Assembly: GCA_963778655.1 (NCBI GenBank)
Contig: CAVZVA010000005.1
Location: forward strand, 672,001 to 736,000
DNA: 64,000 nt
Direction of reading: 5' to 3'
Origin: an uncultured delta proteobacterium
GTDB taxonomy: Bacteria > Myxococcota_A > Polyangia > Polyangiales > JAFGIB01
Of the stretch, positions 9,000-23,933 are shown piece by piece. Each line of letters starts with the position of its first letter. Position 1 is the first letter of the stretch. A program made the translations under genes and the position numbers. The notes below the pieces were generated by a model. It saw only the letters and a list, made by a program, of their open reading frames with translations, made no database searches and was not told where the DNA came from.

Positions 9000-9971
9000 T
9001 CAGCCGCCCCGCCGGTGACCGACCTTGTCCAGCGCCTCGCGCACCACCGATTCGCCGGCCGCGCCTTCCATCTGCGCTTCGGGCGTGAGGATGATGCGGT
9101 GCGCGAGCACCGGCGCGGCCAGGTGCTTGACGTCGTCGGGCAACACGTACGCGCGGCCGGCGAGCAGAGCCAGCGCCTTGGCCGCCTGCAGCAGCGCCAG
9201 CGATCCGCGCGGCGAGCAGCCCAGGAACACGCGCTGGTGCTTGCGCGTGTAGGCCGAGAGCCGCACCACGTAGTCGATCACCTCGCGCTCGGCATGCACC
9301 GCGGCGACCATCGCCTGTAGCGCCAGGATCTCCTGGGGTGAGAGCACGCCGCGCACCTCCGGCGGGGTGCCGCCGAAGCGCTCGAGGATCGCGCGCTCCT
9401 CGGACGCCGACGGATAGCCGATCAGCACCCGCATCAGGAAGCGGTCGATCTGCGCCTCGGGCAGCGGGTAGGTGCCGGCCTGCTCAACCGGGTTCTGCGT
9501 CGCCAGCACCATGAAGGGGCGAGGCATGGCGCGGGTCTGGCCGTCGATGGTGGCCTGCAGCTCCTGCATCGCCTCGAGCAGCGCGCTCTGGGTCTTGGCG
9601 GGCGCGCGGTTGATCTCGTCGCACAGCACCACGTTGGCGAAGATCGGCCCCTCGCGCAGGCTGAAGGAGCCGCTCGCGGGCGCCAGCACGTAGGTGCCGG
9701 TGATGTCCGCGGGCAGCAGATCGGGCGTGAACTGGATGCGCTTGAAGCTGCAGCGCAGCGTCGCCGCGAAAGCCTTGGCGAGCGTGGTCTTGGCCACCCC
9801 CGGAACGCCTTCCAGCAGCACGTGCCCGCGCGCCAGCAGCGACACCAGCAGCAGGCGGCTGAGCTCGTCTGGGCCCACGAACAGGCGGCCTACCTCGTGC
9901 ATCACGGCCGCGGCGCGTTCCGCCACCTGGGCCAGCTGGTCGGGCGCGAGCTCGGCGGCGTGGTCGTTCAT
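9000..9971 (-). CDS. MoxR-family AAA+ ATPase
   Basis: HVLLEGVPGVAKT, RIQFTPDLLPADITG, DEINRAPAKTQSALLEAM, ATQNPVEQAGTYPLPEAQIDRF. Confidence 0.95.
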   Translation of the reverse strand: MNDHAAELAPDQLAQVAERAAAVMHEVGRLFVGPDELSRLLLVSLLARGHVLLEGVPGVAKTTLAKAFAATLRCSFKRIQFTPDLLPADITGTYVLAPASGSFSLREGPIFANVVLCDEINRAPAKTQSALLEAMQELQATIDGQTRAMPRPFMVLATQNPVEQAGTYPLPEAQIDRFLMRVLIGYPSASEERAILERFGGTPPEVRGVLSPQEILALQAMVAAVHAEREVIDYVVRLSAYTRKHQRVFLGCSPRGSLALLQAAKALALLAGRAYVLPDDVKHLAAPVLAHRIILTPEAQMEGAAGESVVREALDKVGHRRGG

Positions 9972-11278
9972 GAGCGGCGTTCCCGGGCGCGGACCTCGTG
10001 CAACGCGTGCAGGATACGATCGCCCGAAGCCACCATGGCATGGAATTTCCGCTCGCCCACGTGCGGCGGCGAGGGCGGCCGTTCCTGCGCCAGCGCGAGC
10101 TGCTCGAGCTCGAGCAGCAGCGCCCGGGTGTGCTCGATCAAGGGCTCCGCGAGACCGGCCTTGCGCATCGCCTCCGTCATGTCACGCAGGCTGGGCTGGT
10201 CGCGAAGCGCCAGGCCCTCGAGCAGCTCCCGCTCGAGCTCGAGCTTGTAGGTCAGCAGCGGCGAGAGCAGGTTGCGGCCCTTGCCCGAGAAGAAGCGCAC
10301 GCGCCCGGCGAAGCCGGCCAGCGTTTCAGCCGCGGGCAGGGCGGTCGCGCGCGCGTAGGTCGCGCGGCGCGGCAGCGCGCTGGCGGCGGCCAGCAGCAGC
10401 AGCAGCGAGACCACCAGCGCGGTCACGCGCAGCGCTGCGGGCGGTAGGCGAGCCCGCGCCAGCCGATCGAGCCCCGCGCGCAGCCCGGCCAGCGGGTCGG
10501 CCGCCGCCACGCTGGGGTAGCGCCCGGCCAGGACCGTGTCGGGTGCGGCGATCCACAGCCGTCCGTCCTGCGCCAGATAGCGCACCAGATTGTGTGCGAA
10601 AGTCCGGTTGCCGCGGAACTCGAGCATGTTGTTGATCAACACGCTGGAGTCGCCGATCGCGACCAGCCGGCCCTTGCCGACGGCACCGCTGAGCACGATC
10701 GCGCCGCGGCTCTGGTCGAGGCTGAAGATCGCGTCCAGCTGATCGTGGTGCAGCACCTGCGGATGATTGGTCACCAGGGCCAGCACCTGCGCGTTCAGCG
10801 GATGGCGCGCGCGCGGCTTGGCGATCAGCACGTGGACGTTGCCGCGCAGCCTGCGCTCGGGCGGCACCGAGCCGGGCTTGCTGCGCCCGACGCCGAAGCT
10901 GGCGAGCAGGCGGCCCCCGGCGCCGAAGTCGTCGGCAACCGCGAGCCGGCCGCCTTCCGCCATGAAAGCCGACAGATCGCGCGCAGGCGGCGGCTCCGCG
11001 GGATAGACCAGCAGCAGGCCGTCCCCCGGGCGCAGCGCAGCCAGATCGATCCGGTGCGGCACGCGCAGCTCCAGCCCCGCGCCGCGGGCGATCGACAGCA
11101 GCTCGCTGAGCCCGTTCCAGCCCTGATTGTCGAGCGCATAGTCGCCCGTGTCCGCTCGGGCATGGTGCGTGCCCACCAGCGAGGCGGCCAGCAGAACGCT
11201 CCACCAAATCCAGACTTTCTCTGCTCCCGGCCACCTGGCGGCGCGCGCCCTGGGCCCCAGTGGAAGCGCGGAGGGCAC
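9968..11278 (-). CDS. DUF4350-like membrane-anchored protein (start uncertain; GTG 11278 chosen)
   Basis: DYALDNQGWNGLSEL, FMAEGGRLAVADD, GKGRLVAIGDSSVLINNML..GNRTF, C-terminal TM. Stop overlaps the MoxR start. The longer track ORF (to 11782) overlaps plus-strand genes. Confidence 0.72.
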   Translation of the reverse strand: MPSALPLGPRARAARWPGAEKVWIWWSVLLAASLVGTHHARADTGDYALDNQGWNGLSELLSIARGAGLELRVPHRIDLAALRPGDGLLLVYPAEPPPARDLSAFMAEGGRLAVADDFGAGGRLLASFGVGRSKPGSVPPERRLRGNVHVLIAKPRARHPLNAQVLALVTNHPQVLHHDQLDAIFSLDQSRGAIVLSGAVGKGRLVAIGDSSVLINNMLEFRGNRTFAHNLVRYLAQDGRLWIAAPDTVLAGRYPSVAAADPLAGLRAGLDRLARARLPPAALRVTALVVSLLLLLAAASALPRRATYARATALPAAETLAGFAGRVRFFSGKGRNLLSPLLTYKLELERELLEGLALRDQPSLRDMTEAMRKAGLAEPLIEHTRALLLELEQLALAQERPPSPPHVGERKFHAMVASGDRILHALHEVRARERRS

Positions 11279-11354
11279 CGCACCAGCAACTTGCGGTTGC
11301 GCGTCCCAATCTGCGTTATTATGAGTAGGGAAGAGGCAGCCAAGGAGCCGGCTC

Positions 11355-11525
11355 ATGTTGCCGCCGATTATCATCGAGCACATCAAGAAGCGGGAAGAGG
11401 AAGAGCGGCGCCGCCAGCAGCCGTTCATCCAGCTTCCAGTCCCGCAGCCGATGCCTCCTCGCCCGCGCCCGGGCTCCGACGAAGACGAGTCGGAGCGCGG
11501 CGTGGTGATCATCGATATCACGTGA
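11355..11525 (+). CDS. Small hypothetical protein, 56 aa
   Basis: AAGGAG RBS then MLPPIIIEHIKKREEEERRRQQPFIQLPVPQPMPPRPRPGSDEDESERGVVIIDIT*; GC3-biased codons; below the ORF-track cutoff. Confidence 0.75.
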   Translation: MLPPIIIEHIKKREEEERRRQQPFIQLPVPQPMPPRPRPGSDEDESERGVVIIDIT

Positions 11526-11698
11526 GCGGCGGGCGCGCGACGCCCCCATTTGGTTGCGTTTCCGAGGGCTTTGCCGGCGATTCGAGGCCGTAGCAAAGGG
11601 TCCCGAGCTCCGTCCCCCCAGCGCGGCCGCCGGGCCTTCCAGGCCTCCGCCGCGCCCGGCGCTGTTGGTTTGCCCTTACGACCGGTTACACTGACCGT

Positions 11699-13078
11699 GT
11701 GAAGCACGGACGCATCGGTCGCTACGAGCTGCTGCACAAGATCGCGGCCGGAGGGATGGCCGAGATCTTCCTGGCGCGCCAATGGGGGCAGGGCGGCTTC
11801 TTTCGCGATGTAGTCATCAAGCGTCTATTTCCCCACTACGCCGAGCACGAGCACGCGCTGCGCATGTTCCAGGACGAGGCGCGGCTGCTGGCCGAGCTCT
11901 CCCATCCCAACATCCCGCAGGTCTACGACCTCGGTTACGCGGACGGGTACTGGTACCTGGCGATGGAGTACGTGCGCGGAGTGAGCCTCGCCGACCTGTG
12001 CAGGGCGGCCGCCAAGGCCAACAAGCCGATGCCGCTGGCGGTCGCGATCGGCATCGTGCACCAGGTCTGCATGGCGCTGCACCACGCGCACGAGCGCCAC
12101 GACCGCGAGGGGCGGGCGCTGCGCATCGTGCACCGCGACGTGACCCCGCACAACATCATGATCTCGCTCGATGCAGTGGTGAAGGTGCTCGACTTCGGCG
12201 TGGCGCTGACCACCGCGCGCATCGACACCGATGCCGGCGTGGTGCGCGGAACCTACGCTTACATGGGGCCGGAGCAGGTGCGCGGCAAACCGCTCGACAA
12301 GCGCGCCGACGTGTTCGCGGTCGGGGTGATCCTGCACGAGCTGACCACCGGGCGGCGGCTGTTCCGCGGCAACGACATCCAGGTGATGACCCAGATCGTC
12401 GAGCAGGACGTGCCGCCGCCGTCGAGCATGCTGCCAAGCTTCCCCACCGACCTCGAGCAGGTGGTGCTGGGCGCGCTGACGCGCGATCGGGGCAAGCGCA
12501 CGCCCAGCGCGGCCCACCTGGCGCTCGCGCTCGACCAGTTCTGCATGCGACACGGTCTGGTGACCGGGCCGCTGGTCATCGCGCACTACGTGCGCTCGCT
12601 GTTTCCCTACGAGCGCGTGGCCGAGGAGGGCATGGGCATCGCCCAGGTCCCGTCTCCGGGCAGCACGGGGATGGACTCCGATCGCGGGCCCCCGGCCGTG
12701 TCGGCCGAGCAACTCGAAGAGCGCCTGCTGGCCGACGAGCTGCGCGCCCTGCAGCAGCGCCGCGGGCAGACGCTGGCGCGCGGGCGCGCGGCCGAGGAGA
12801 CGGCGCGCGATACATTGGAGGCTCCGCCCGAGCCGGAGCTCGAGGAGCTCAGCGTGGACGATCTGCTGCTCGATGAGGCGGACAGCGTGCAGCGCGAGCC
12901 CGAAGCGGCCGCGGCGGCGCCCGCGCCTCTGCGCATCGACGAGCTGGACGAGGACTCCGACATCAAGCCGGTGGTACTGCTCTCGCCCAAGCGAAAGCCG
13001 TCGCAGCCCGCGCCCGGCTCCGACGGGGCGTTCATGAGCGACCTCGAGCGTCGCCTGCGCGAGGACGCCGATTCCTAG
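11699..13078 (+). CDS. Hanks-type Ser/Thr protein kinase with acidic, disordered C-tail
   Basis: IAAGGMAEIF, VVIKR, HRDVTPHN, DFG, GTYAYMGPE, DVFAVG. Confidence 0.93.
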   Translation: MKHGRIGRYELLHKIAAGGMAEIFLARQWGQGGFFRDVVIKRLFPHYAEHEHALRMFQDEARLLAELSHPNIPQVYDLGYADGYWYLAMEYVRGVSLADLCRAAAKANKPMPLAVAIGIVHQVCMALHHAHERHDREGRALRIVHRDVTPHNIMISLDAVVKVLDFGVALTTARIDTDAGVVRGTYAYMGPEQVRGKPLDKRADVFAVGVILHELTTGRRLFRGNDIQVMTQIVEQDVPPPSSMLPSFPTDLEQVVLGALTRDRGKRTPSAAHLALALDQFCMRHGLVTGPLVIAHYVRSLFPYERVAEEGMGIAQVPSPGSTGMDSDRGPPAVSAEQLEERLLADELRALQQRRGQTLARGRAAEETARDTLEAPPEPELEELSVDDLLLDEADSVQREPEAAAAAPAPLRIDELDEDSDIKPVVLLSPKRKPSQPAPGSDGAFMSDLERRLREDADS

Positions 13079-13096
13079 CCCGCGCAGCGCGCCGCC

Positions 13097-14300
13097 ATGA
13101 TTGCGCTGGCGGACATCGAGCGCGCGCGCGAACGCATTCGCCACGCGATTCTATCTCTCACCGTGCGCGCGCTCCGAGTCGCTCTCGCGGCGCCTGGGGT
13201 GTGAGGCCTATCTCAAGCTCGAGAACCTGCAGATGACCGGCTCGTTCAAGGAGCGAGGTGCTCTCAACAAGTTGGCCACGCTCGAGCCCGAGCAGCGTGC
13301 CGCGGGCGTGATCGCCGCCAGCGCCGGCAACCACGCCCAGGGCCTGGCCTACGTCGCCAGCCGCATGGGGGTGCACGCCACCATCGTGATGCCCGTGAGC
13401 ACGCCGCTGATCAAGCGCAGCGCCACGCGCACGCACGGCGCCGAGGTGATCCTGCACGGCGAAACCTACGACGACGCCGCGGCCGAAGCCGAGCGTCTGG
13501 CCGTGCAACGCGGGTTGACGCCGGTTCCCGCGTTCGACGACGACGCGGTGATCGCGGGGCAGGGCACGATCGGCCTCGAGCTGCTCGAGCAGGTGCCGGA
13601 GCTGGACGCGGTGATCGCGCCGGTCGGGGGTGGAGGGCTGCTCGGCGGCATCGCCGTGGCGCTCAAGACACGCCGCCCCGAGATCGCTCTGTATGGCGTG
13701 CAGGCCGAGCTCGTGCCCTCGATGCACCAGGCGCTGAGCCGGCACGCGCCTGCCCTGGTGGAGGCCCGGCGCACGCTGGCCGACGGCATCGCGGTGCGGC
13801 GGGTGAGCCCGCGCACGCTCGAGCTCGCGGCGCGCTACCTCGAGGGCATCACGCTGGTCGAAGAGGAGGAGATCGCCGAGGCCGTGCTGCTGCTGCTGGA
13901 GCTGGAGAAGACGGTGGCCGAGGGCGCCGGCGCGGTCGCGCTCGCCGCAGCCTTGCAGGGCAGCCTTCCGCTCGAAGGCAAGCGCGTGGTGCTGCTCGTT
14001 TCCGGGGGCAACATCGACGTCAATCTGCTCTCGCGCATCATCGATCGAGGGCTGGTCAAGTCAGGCCGCTGCATGCGCATGTGGGTGCTGATTCCCGATG
14101 TGCCCGGCGCGCTCGCGGCCTTGCTGACCACGATCGCAGGCCTGCAGGCGAACGTCCTGCAGGTCCATCACGACCGCGTGGCGGCCCGCACCGAGCCCGG
14201 CGTAACCGCGGTCGAGCTGGTGATCGAGACGCGCGGCTTCGATCACATCAGCGCGATCGAAGCCGCGATCAGCGACGCCGGTTGGGTCATCTCGGGCTGA
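13097..14300 (+). CDS. ilvA: Threonine ammonia-lyase (dehydratase) with a C-terminal ACT domain; apparent +1 frameshift at ~13150
   Basis: ATG 13097 gives MIALADIERARERIRHAI, continuing in another frame as YLSPCARS...LKLENLQMTGSFKERG (PLP Lys), ASAGNHAQG, PVGGGGL, SGGNID, IPDVPGAL. Confidence 0.9.
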
Positions 14301-14406
14301 AGGCACCGGCGCAGCGGCAGGATGCGCGCGGGGCTCCGGGCGGGCGTCGAGCTCTGCCCGCGTAGGTCCGCCGACTGATGTATCGGGATTCATACAAGAA
14401 TTAGTG

Positions 14407-14451
14407 TGTGTCAACATGTGCCGAATGTGCCATCTTGTGCAAAATTGAGCC
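14407..14451. promoter_or_regulatory. Phased array of five TGTGCC-like half-sites in an AT-rich spacer upstream of the sigma54 activator
   Basis: TGTGTC 14407, TGTGCC 14417, TGTGCC 14426, TGTGCA 14436, TGAGCC 14446. Confidence 0.45.
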
Positions 14452-14470
14452 ATCTGGTAGTTCTGGCCCT

Positions 14471-19541
<5,071 letters not shown>

Positions 19542-19595
19542 GGCGCCGCGATCGGGTATTTCGGATCGATCGGTTTGCGTTCTAACCTCTCGGCC

Positions 19596-19826
19596 ATGCG
19601 GCCCCCGGCGATGTTGTTCTTCGTCCTGTTCGGCTGCGGTTGCGCGCGTTCGGTCCGTCTCCCGGTCTCCGCGGGCGAGCCCTGCGATGCGAGCGCCGAC
19701 TGCAACCCAGCTCGCGACGGGGGCACGGCCGGCTGTGGGGCGATCCGTTTGTGCGTAGAGGGGCGCTGCGAGGTATCCCTGGACGGCGGCGCAGCGGCCT
19801 CGGGCCTGCGGGCTTGCGGCCGGTGA
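19596..19826 (+). CDS. Small Cys-rich putative lipoprotein
   Basis: MRPPAMLFFVLFGCGC signal/lipobox; CDASADC...C.....C....C pattern typical of myxobacterial disulfide-rich modules. Confidence 0.55.
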   Translation: MRPPAMLFFVLFGCGCARSVRLPVSAGEPCDASADCNPARDGGTAGCGAIRLCVEGRCEVSLDGGAAASGLRACGR

Positions 19827-19880
19827 GGTGGGCGCACCAAGCGCGCGATCGCGAGCTCCGAGCCCTGCGCGGCGGCGGGC

Positions 19881-20924
19881 TCACTCCGCGACAGCATCTG
19901 CTTGATCGTCGATCGGTGCCTGCCCGTCGTCGTCCGCATCGGGCTCGTCGGCGCGCGGCGCCTCTTGCTCGTCGCTTGGCGTGGCAGCGGGTGGGCGGCG
20001 CTGTGGCGCCTCGCCAGGGCCGGAGTAGTCGGTCCAGCGCGCGTTCTTGCGCCGTACGTCCAGATGCACGAAGTGGCTGCGCGGGTAATAGCCCACGCCG
20101 ACGTGATCGAAGCTCGCGCAGTAGTCGCGCAACACCTGCAGCGGCACACCGGGGATGCGTAGATCGACGGCCTGGGCCGCGACGTGCCGGCTGGTGGGCT
20201 TGGTGTAGCCGCCTGCATGGCGGTAGCCGCTGATGATGTACAGCGGGCGACCGCCGAAGTGATCGGAGAGCCGTGCCAGCAAGCGCACCAGGCGCGGGTG
20301 CGGCTTCTTTCCGCGACTGCGATCGCTGACGCGCGGCGTGCGCGGGCGCAGCAACCGGCTGAGGGGCGCGAGCGTGCGGAGGCGCGTGCGGCCGCGTGCG
20401 TCGACCAGGCGGAGCGTGCGGATCTCGCGCGACCAGACGCGGTACAAGCGCACCACGCCAGGGTGTCTGGGAACACCCCAGCGCCGCTCCGCCGCCGCTT
20501 GTCGTTGCGCGCTTTCCGCGCCGGGCAGCAGCAGGCGCTGACGCAGCTGCAGCGGCGCGTTCTCGCGCAGGTGATTCGTGCGCGCTAGCTCGGCGACGGG
20601 CAGCTGGTGGCGGCGCGCGATGCTCGCCAGCGAATCACCGGGGGCCGCGTAGACCACGCCGCGCGGCGGTACCATCAGTACTTGACCGGGACGGATCGCG
20701 GCGTTGCGCGCGATGCCGTTTGCGGCGGCGAGCGCGGCCACGCTCACGCCATAGCGCGCCGCGATCCGCGAGAGCGTCTGGCCCTTGGCCACGGTGTACT
20801 CGCGGTCGGCGCGGGCCTGCGCCGAGGCTGCCAGCACGGAAGCGAACAACGCACAGCGCAGGCCGGCGGCGAGCGCCGGGACGAGGCGTGCGGGGACGGT
20901 CCGGGGTGCGTTCGGCGGTGACAT
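19881..20924 (-). CDS. Exported 2xLysM + DUF882/YcbK (peptidase M15) murein endopeptidase
   Basis: YTVAKGQTLSRIAARYGVS and PGDSLASIARRH LysM domains; ISGYR, SRHVAAQAVD, GVGYYPRSHFVHLD Zn ligands; acidic tail. Confidence 0.88.
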   Translation of the reverse strand: MSPPNAPRTVPARLVPALAAGLRCALFASVLAASAQARADREYTVAKGQTLSRIAARYGVSVAALAAANGIARNAAIRPGQVLMVPPRGVVYAAPGDSLASIARRHQLPVAELARTNHLRENAPLQLRQRLLLPGAESAQRQAAAERRWGVPRHPGVVRLYRVWSREIRTLRLVDARGRTRLRTLAPLSRLLRPRTPRVSDRSRGKKPHPRLVRLLARLSDHFGGRPLYIISGYRHAGGYTKPTSRHVAAQAVDLRIPGVPLQVLRDYCASFDHVGVGYYPRSHFVHLDVRRKNARWTDYSGPGEAPQRRPPAATPSDEQEAPRADEPDADDDGQAPIDDQADAVAE

Positions 20925-21146
20925 CGAGACCCTGGCGGTGCGCGTCCCGGGCGGGCGGGGCGGCTGCCCGCTTTTTTGCCCTTCCGGCGGCTGCCTGCCA
21001 CCATAGTTAAGCGACGTAGTCGTTCCTTGACAACCGGGAGAACGCGCGCGGTGGCGGCGGGCCAGCGAGATCGGAGAGCCGATCCGGAAGACATATCAAT
21101 GACATATAATTTAGACTTAACTTTGAGGAAATTTAGCTGAACTTGC

Positions 21147-21176
21147 TTGACCCTGGCCAGCCGTGGGGCCTAACAT
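21147..21176 (+). promoter_or_regulatory. Putative sigma70 promoter of the XRE-pilMNOPQ operon
   Basis: TTGACC-N18-TAACAT preceded by an AT-rich tract (about 21090-21140) containing a GACATAT direct repeat. Confidence 0.5.
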
Positions 21177-21229
21177 ACTAGACGGGCCTGGCAGAGGCCT
21201 TCGGGTGCTCTCCGACCGGCCCTTCGACC

Positions 21230-21628
21230 ATGGAGCAGAACACGAAGTCCATGGATGTGACGGCTGCTTCGGCGGAGACGTCGGCGGAGGAGGCTCCTGC
21301 GCCGAGCGGGAGCAAGCTCACCAAGAAACGGGCGGCCGATTGGGCTAGCCGGGGCTCGGCAGGTGGCAGCACCAAGTCGTCCTCGGCAGGCGAGGCCAAG
21401 CCGGTCAAGGCGGGCAAGGCGGGCAAGAAGACGAATCGAGTCCGGCAGACTCGGATCGAGCGGATGATGTCGAAGGCGGAGCTGGCACGGCGCGCGGGAG
21501 TCTCGGTGTTGACGATCGACCGGGTCGAGAAGGGCCTCGGTTGTCGAATGGATACCAAGCGTAAGATCTTGGAGGCCCTCGGTGGCAGTCTCGCCGATCG
21601 CGTGCGTGTGTTCGGCGAGGAGGAGTGA
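21230..21628 (+). CDS. XRE-family HTH regulator with a low-complexity N-terminal extension
   Basis: NRVRQTRIERMMSKAELARRAGVSVLTIDRVEKG...TKRKILEALG. Confidence 0.85.
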   Translation: MEQNTKSMDVTAASAETSAEEAPAPSGSKLTKKRAADWASRGSAGGSTKSSSAGEAKPVKAGKAGKKTNRVRQTRIERMMSKAELARRAGVSVLTIDRVEKGLGCRMDTKRKILEALGGSLADRVRVFGEEE

Positions 21629-21637
21629 TGCCGGTAC

Positions 21638-22696
21638 ATGGCCTCGGAAGGTAAGAACCTCGTCGGCGTCGATATCGGCACGACTTCGATCAAGCTCTGC
21701 GAGGTCCGCGAGGACCGCAAGGGCAACCGAGCGCTGACGCGATTCGGTTTTCACCCCTTGCCGCCGCAGACCATCGTCGACGGCCACATCATGAACGCGG
21801 GGGCGATCGTCGACGGCCTGGACCGGCTGTTCCACAAGGTCAAACGCCGCGACGTGGCTCTGCGCGTCAGCGGCCACAGCGTGATTATCAAGAAGATCAC
21901 CATGCCGGTCATGACCGCTGCGGAGCTGGCTGAGCAGATCAACTGGGAGGCCGAGCAACACATCCCGTTCGAGCTGGCGGACGTTCAGATCGATTATCAG
22001 GTCGTCAGCCGCCGCGAGGATCAGGGGCAGATGGATGTCCTGCTGGTAGCCGCGAAGAAGGAGGAGATCGGTGACCTCACCAACCTCGCGATCGAGGCCA
22101 AGCTCAGGCCGCGCGTAGTCGACCTCGACGCGTTCACGGTGCAGAACTGCTACGAGGCGGCATACGGCTCGCCGCCGGCCGATCAGACCATCGTGCTGTT
22201 GCACGTAGGGGCGTCGCTGACGACGCTGAACATTCTCTCGCAAGGCACGACCGCATTCACGCGCGACGTGGTCAATGGCGGCAACGCCATCACCGAAGAG
22301 ATCCAGCGCCAGCTCGGTGTCAGCCAGGAAGAGGCCGAGGCGTACAAGTGCGGCACTGCCGCGGGCATGGTCCCCGACGAGGTGCCGAACATCGTGCGCG
22401 ACGTGGTCGAGACGCTCGCGGGCGAAATCCAGCGCTCGTTGGACTTCTACCTGGCCACCAGCGGCGATCGAGAAATCAACAAGGTCTACATCTCGGGGGG
22501 CACGGCCAATGTGCCCGCGCTGCACGAAGAGATCGCCGAACGTTGTCAGGTGGACGTGCTGCCGCTCGATCCGTTGTTGGTGGCTCAACCCGATCCGAAG
22601 AGCGTCGATCCGGTGGCATTACAGGGCAGGACCGCGCAAGCGGTGGTCGCTTACGGGCTCGCCTTGCGGCGCGAGCGGGAGCGCAGGCCGTCATGA
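21638..22696 (+). CDS. pilM: Type IV pilus assembly protein PilM
   Basis: VGVDIGTTSIK actin-like motif, WEAEQHIPF, VLLVAAKK, EIQRSLDFY, ISGG. Confidence 0.95.
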   Translation: MASEGKNLVGVDIGTTSIKLCEVREDRKGNRALTRFGFHPLPPQTIVDGHIMNAGAIVDGLDRLFHKVKRRDVALRVSGHSVIIKKITMPVMTAAELAEQINWEAEQHIPFELADVQIDYQVVSRREDQGQMDVLLVAAKKEEIGDLTNLAIEAKLRPRVVDLDAFTVQNCYEAAYGSPPADQTIVLLHVGASLTTLNILSQGTTAFTRDVVNGGNAITEEIQRQLGVSQEEAEAYKCGTAAGMVPDEVPNIVRDVVETLAGEIQRSLDFYLATSGDREINKVYISGGTANVPALHEEIAERCQVDVLPLDPLLVAQPDPKSVDPVALQGRTAQAVVAYGLALRRERERRPS

Positions 22697-23334
22697 TCCG
22701 CATCAACCTGCTGCCCGAAGCCAAGCGCCAGGTAAGCACCGGCGGCAGCGCGCAGCTCTGGGGCGTCGTCTATTTGCTGTCGTGCTTCGGCTGGGGCGTG
22801 GTGCTGTTCCTGGTCTACCTCAGCTACAAGAACATCTACGAGGAGCAGAACGCCAAGAACGAGGAGCTCCAGGCGCAGATCAATCGAGCCAAGTCTCAGA
22901 CAGAGAACATTGGCGACGTGGAGGCCAAGCTCGCCAAGAGCAAGCAGCTCGAGGATGTGGTCGGGGGATTGCAGGCCGCGAGACAGGGGCCCGCGCGCGT
23001 GATGATGGAGCTCAGCAAGATCCTGAGCGAAGGCGGTGGACCGACGGTCCCGCAGGACAAGCTCGATGCGCTACGGCGGGACAATCCGTTGCTGGTCTAC
23101 AACCCCGGCTGGGATGTGCGCCGGCTGTGGCTCGAGAGCTTCGAGGAGACCAACCGCCAGTGCATCATCGTGGGCGACGGCAAGACGAACGAGGACGTCG
23201 CCGAGTTCCTGCGGCGGCTCACCGTCTCCGACATCTTCAACAAAGTGACGCTGCAGAGCACCGCCGCGTCGACTGATGCCAAGTCCGACCTCTCCACCGT
23301 TCAATTCAAGCTCAGCTGCGAGATCAAGTACTGA
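22693..23334 (+). CDS. pilN: Type IV pilus assembly protein PilN
   Basis: MIRINLLP motif, TM, coiled coil; ATGA overlap with pilM. Confidence 0.93.
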   Translation: MIRINLLPEAKRQVSTGGSAQLWGVVYLLSCFGWGVVLFLVYLSYKNIYEEQNAKNEELQAQINRAKSQTENIGDVEAKLAKSKQLEDVVGGLQAARQGPARVMMELSKILSEGGGPTVPQDKLDALRRDNPLLVYNPGWDVRRLWLESFEETNRQCIIVGDGKTNEDVAEFLRRLTVSDIFNKVTLQSTAASTDAKSDLSTVQFKLSCEIKY

Positions 23335-23336
23335 GT

Positions 23337-23915
23337 ATGGCACCCAAGCTACCCACCGGCGGTTTCGCGCAGCTCCCGATCGCAGGGAAGCTATTCTTGC
23401 TCGTCCTGCTCCTCGGCGTGCTCTCCGCGGGCTACTACGCCGGCGTGCACTCGGGGCTCGAGGAGGAAACCGAGGCGGCCAGGCGTACGCACGACGCGCT
23501 CGAGCAACAGCTCAAGCAGGCTCACGATCGTCAGAAGGAGTACCTCAAGCTTCGCGAGGAGGTCACGGCGCGCGAGGCGCTCGACCGACAGAACCTGCGC
23601 ATTCTTCCGGTCACCGCGGAGATCGCGTCGTTTCTGGACGACCTCAACCGACTTGCCGAGCTCAGCGGCCTTCGGATGGAGCAAGTCCAGCCGTCGCCGG
23701 AGCAGGCCGAGAAGTTCTTCATCAAGGTTCCGGTCGTCCTGCAGATTCAGGGCCGCTTCCACGAGCTGGCGAAGTTCTTCTACAACATCAGCCGCCTTGA
23801 GCGAGCGATCAACATGGAAGACATCAAGGTCCATGTCGCCGAGAGGCATCCGGACGGCGAGGTCGAGCTTGCAGTCAACGTGCGAGCGACCACGTTTCGC
23901 AGGAAACCAGAATAG
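23337..23915 (+). CDS. pilO: Type IV pilus assembly protein PilO
   Basis: TM + coiled coil, ILPVTAEIASFLDDL, GRFHELAKFFYNISRLERAIN; operon position. Confidence 0.92.
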   Translation: MAPKLPTGGFAQLPIAGKLFLLVLLLGVLSAGYYAGVHSGLEEETEAARRTHDALEQQLKQAHDRQKEYLKLREEVTAREALDRQNLRILPVTAEIASFLDDLNRLAELSGLRMEQVQPSPEQAEKFFIKVPVVLQIQGRFHELAKFFYNISRLERAINMEDIKVHVAERHPDGEVELAVNVRATTFRRKPE

Positions 23916-23933
23916 GCGGACGGCGAGGGAACC

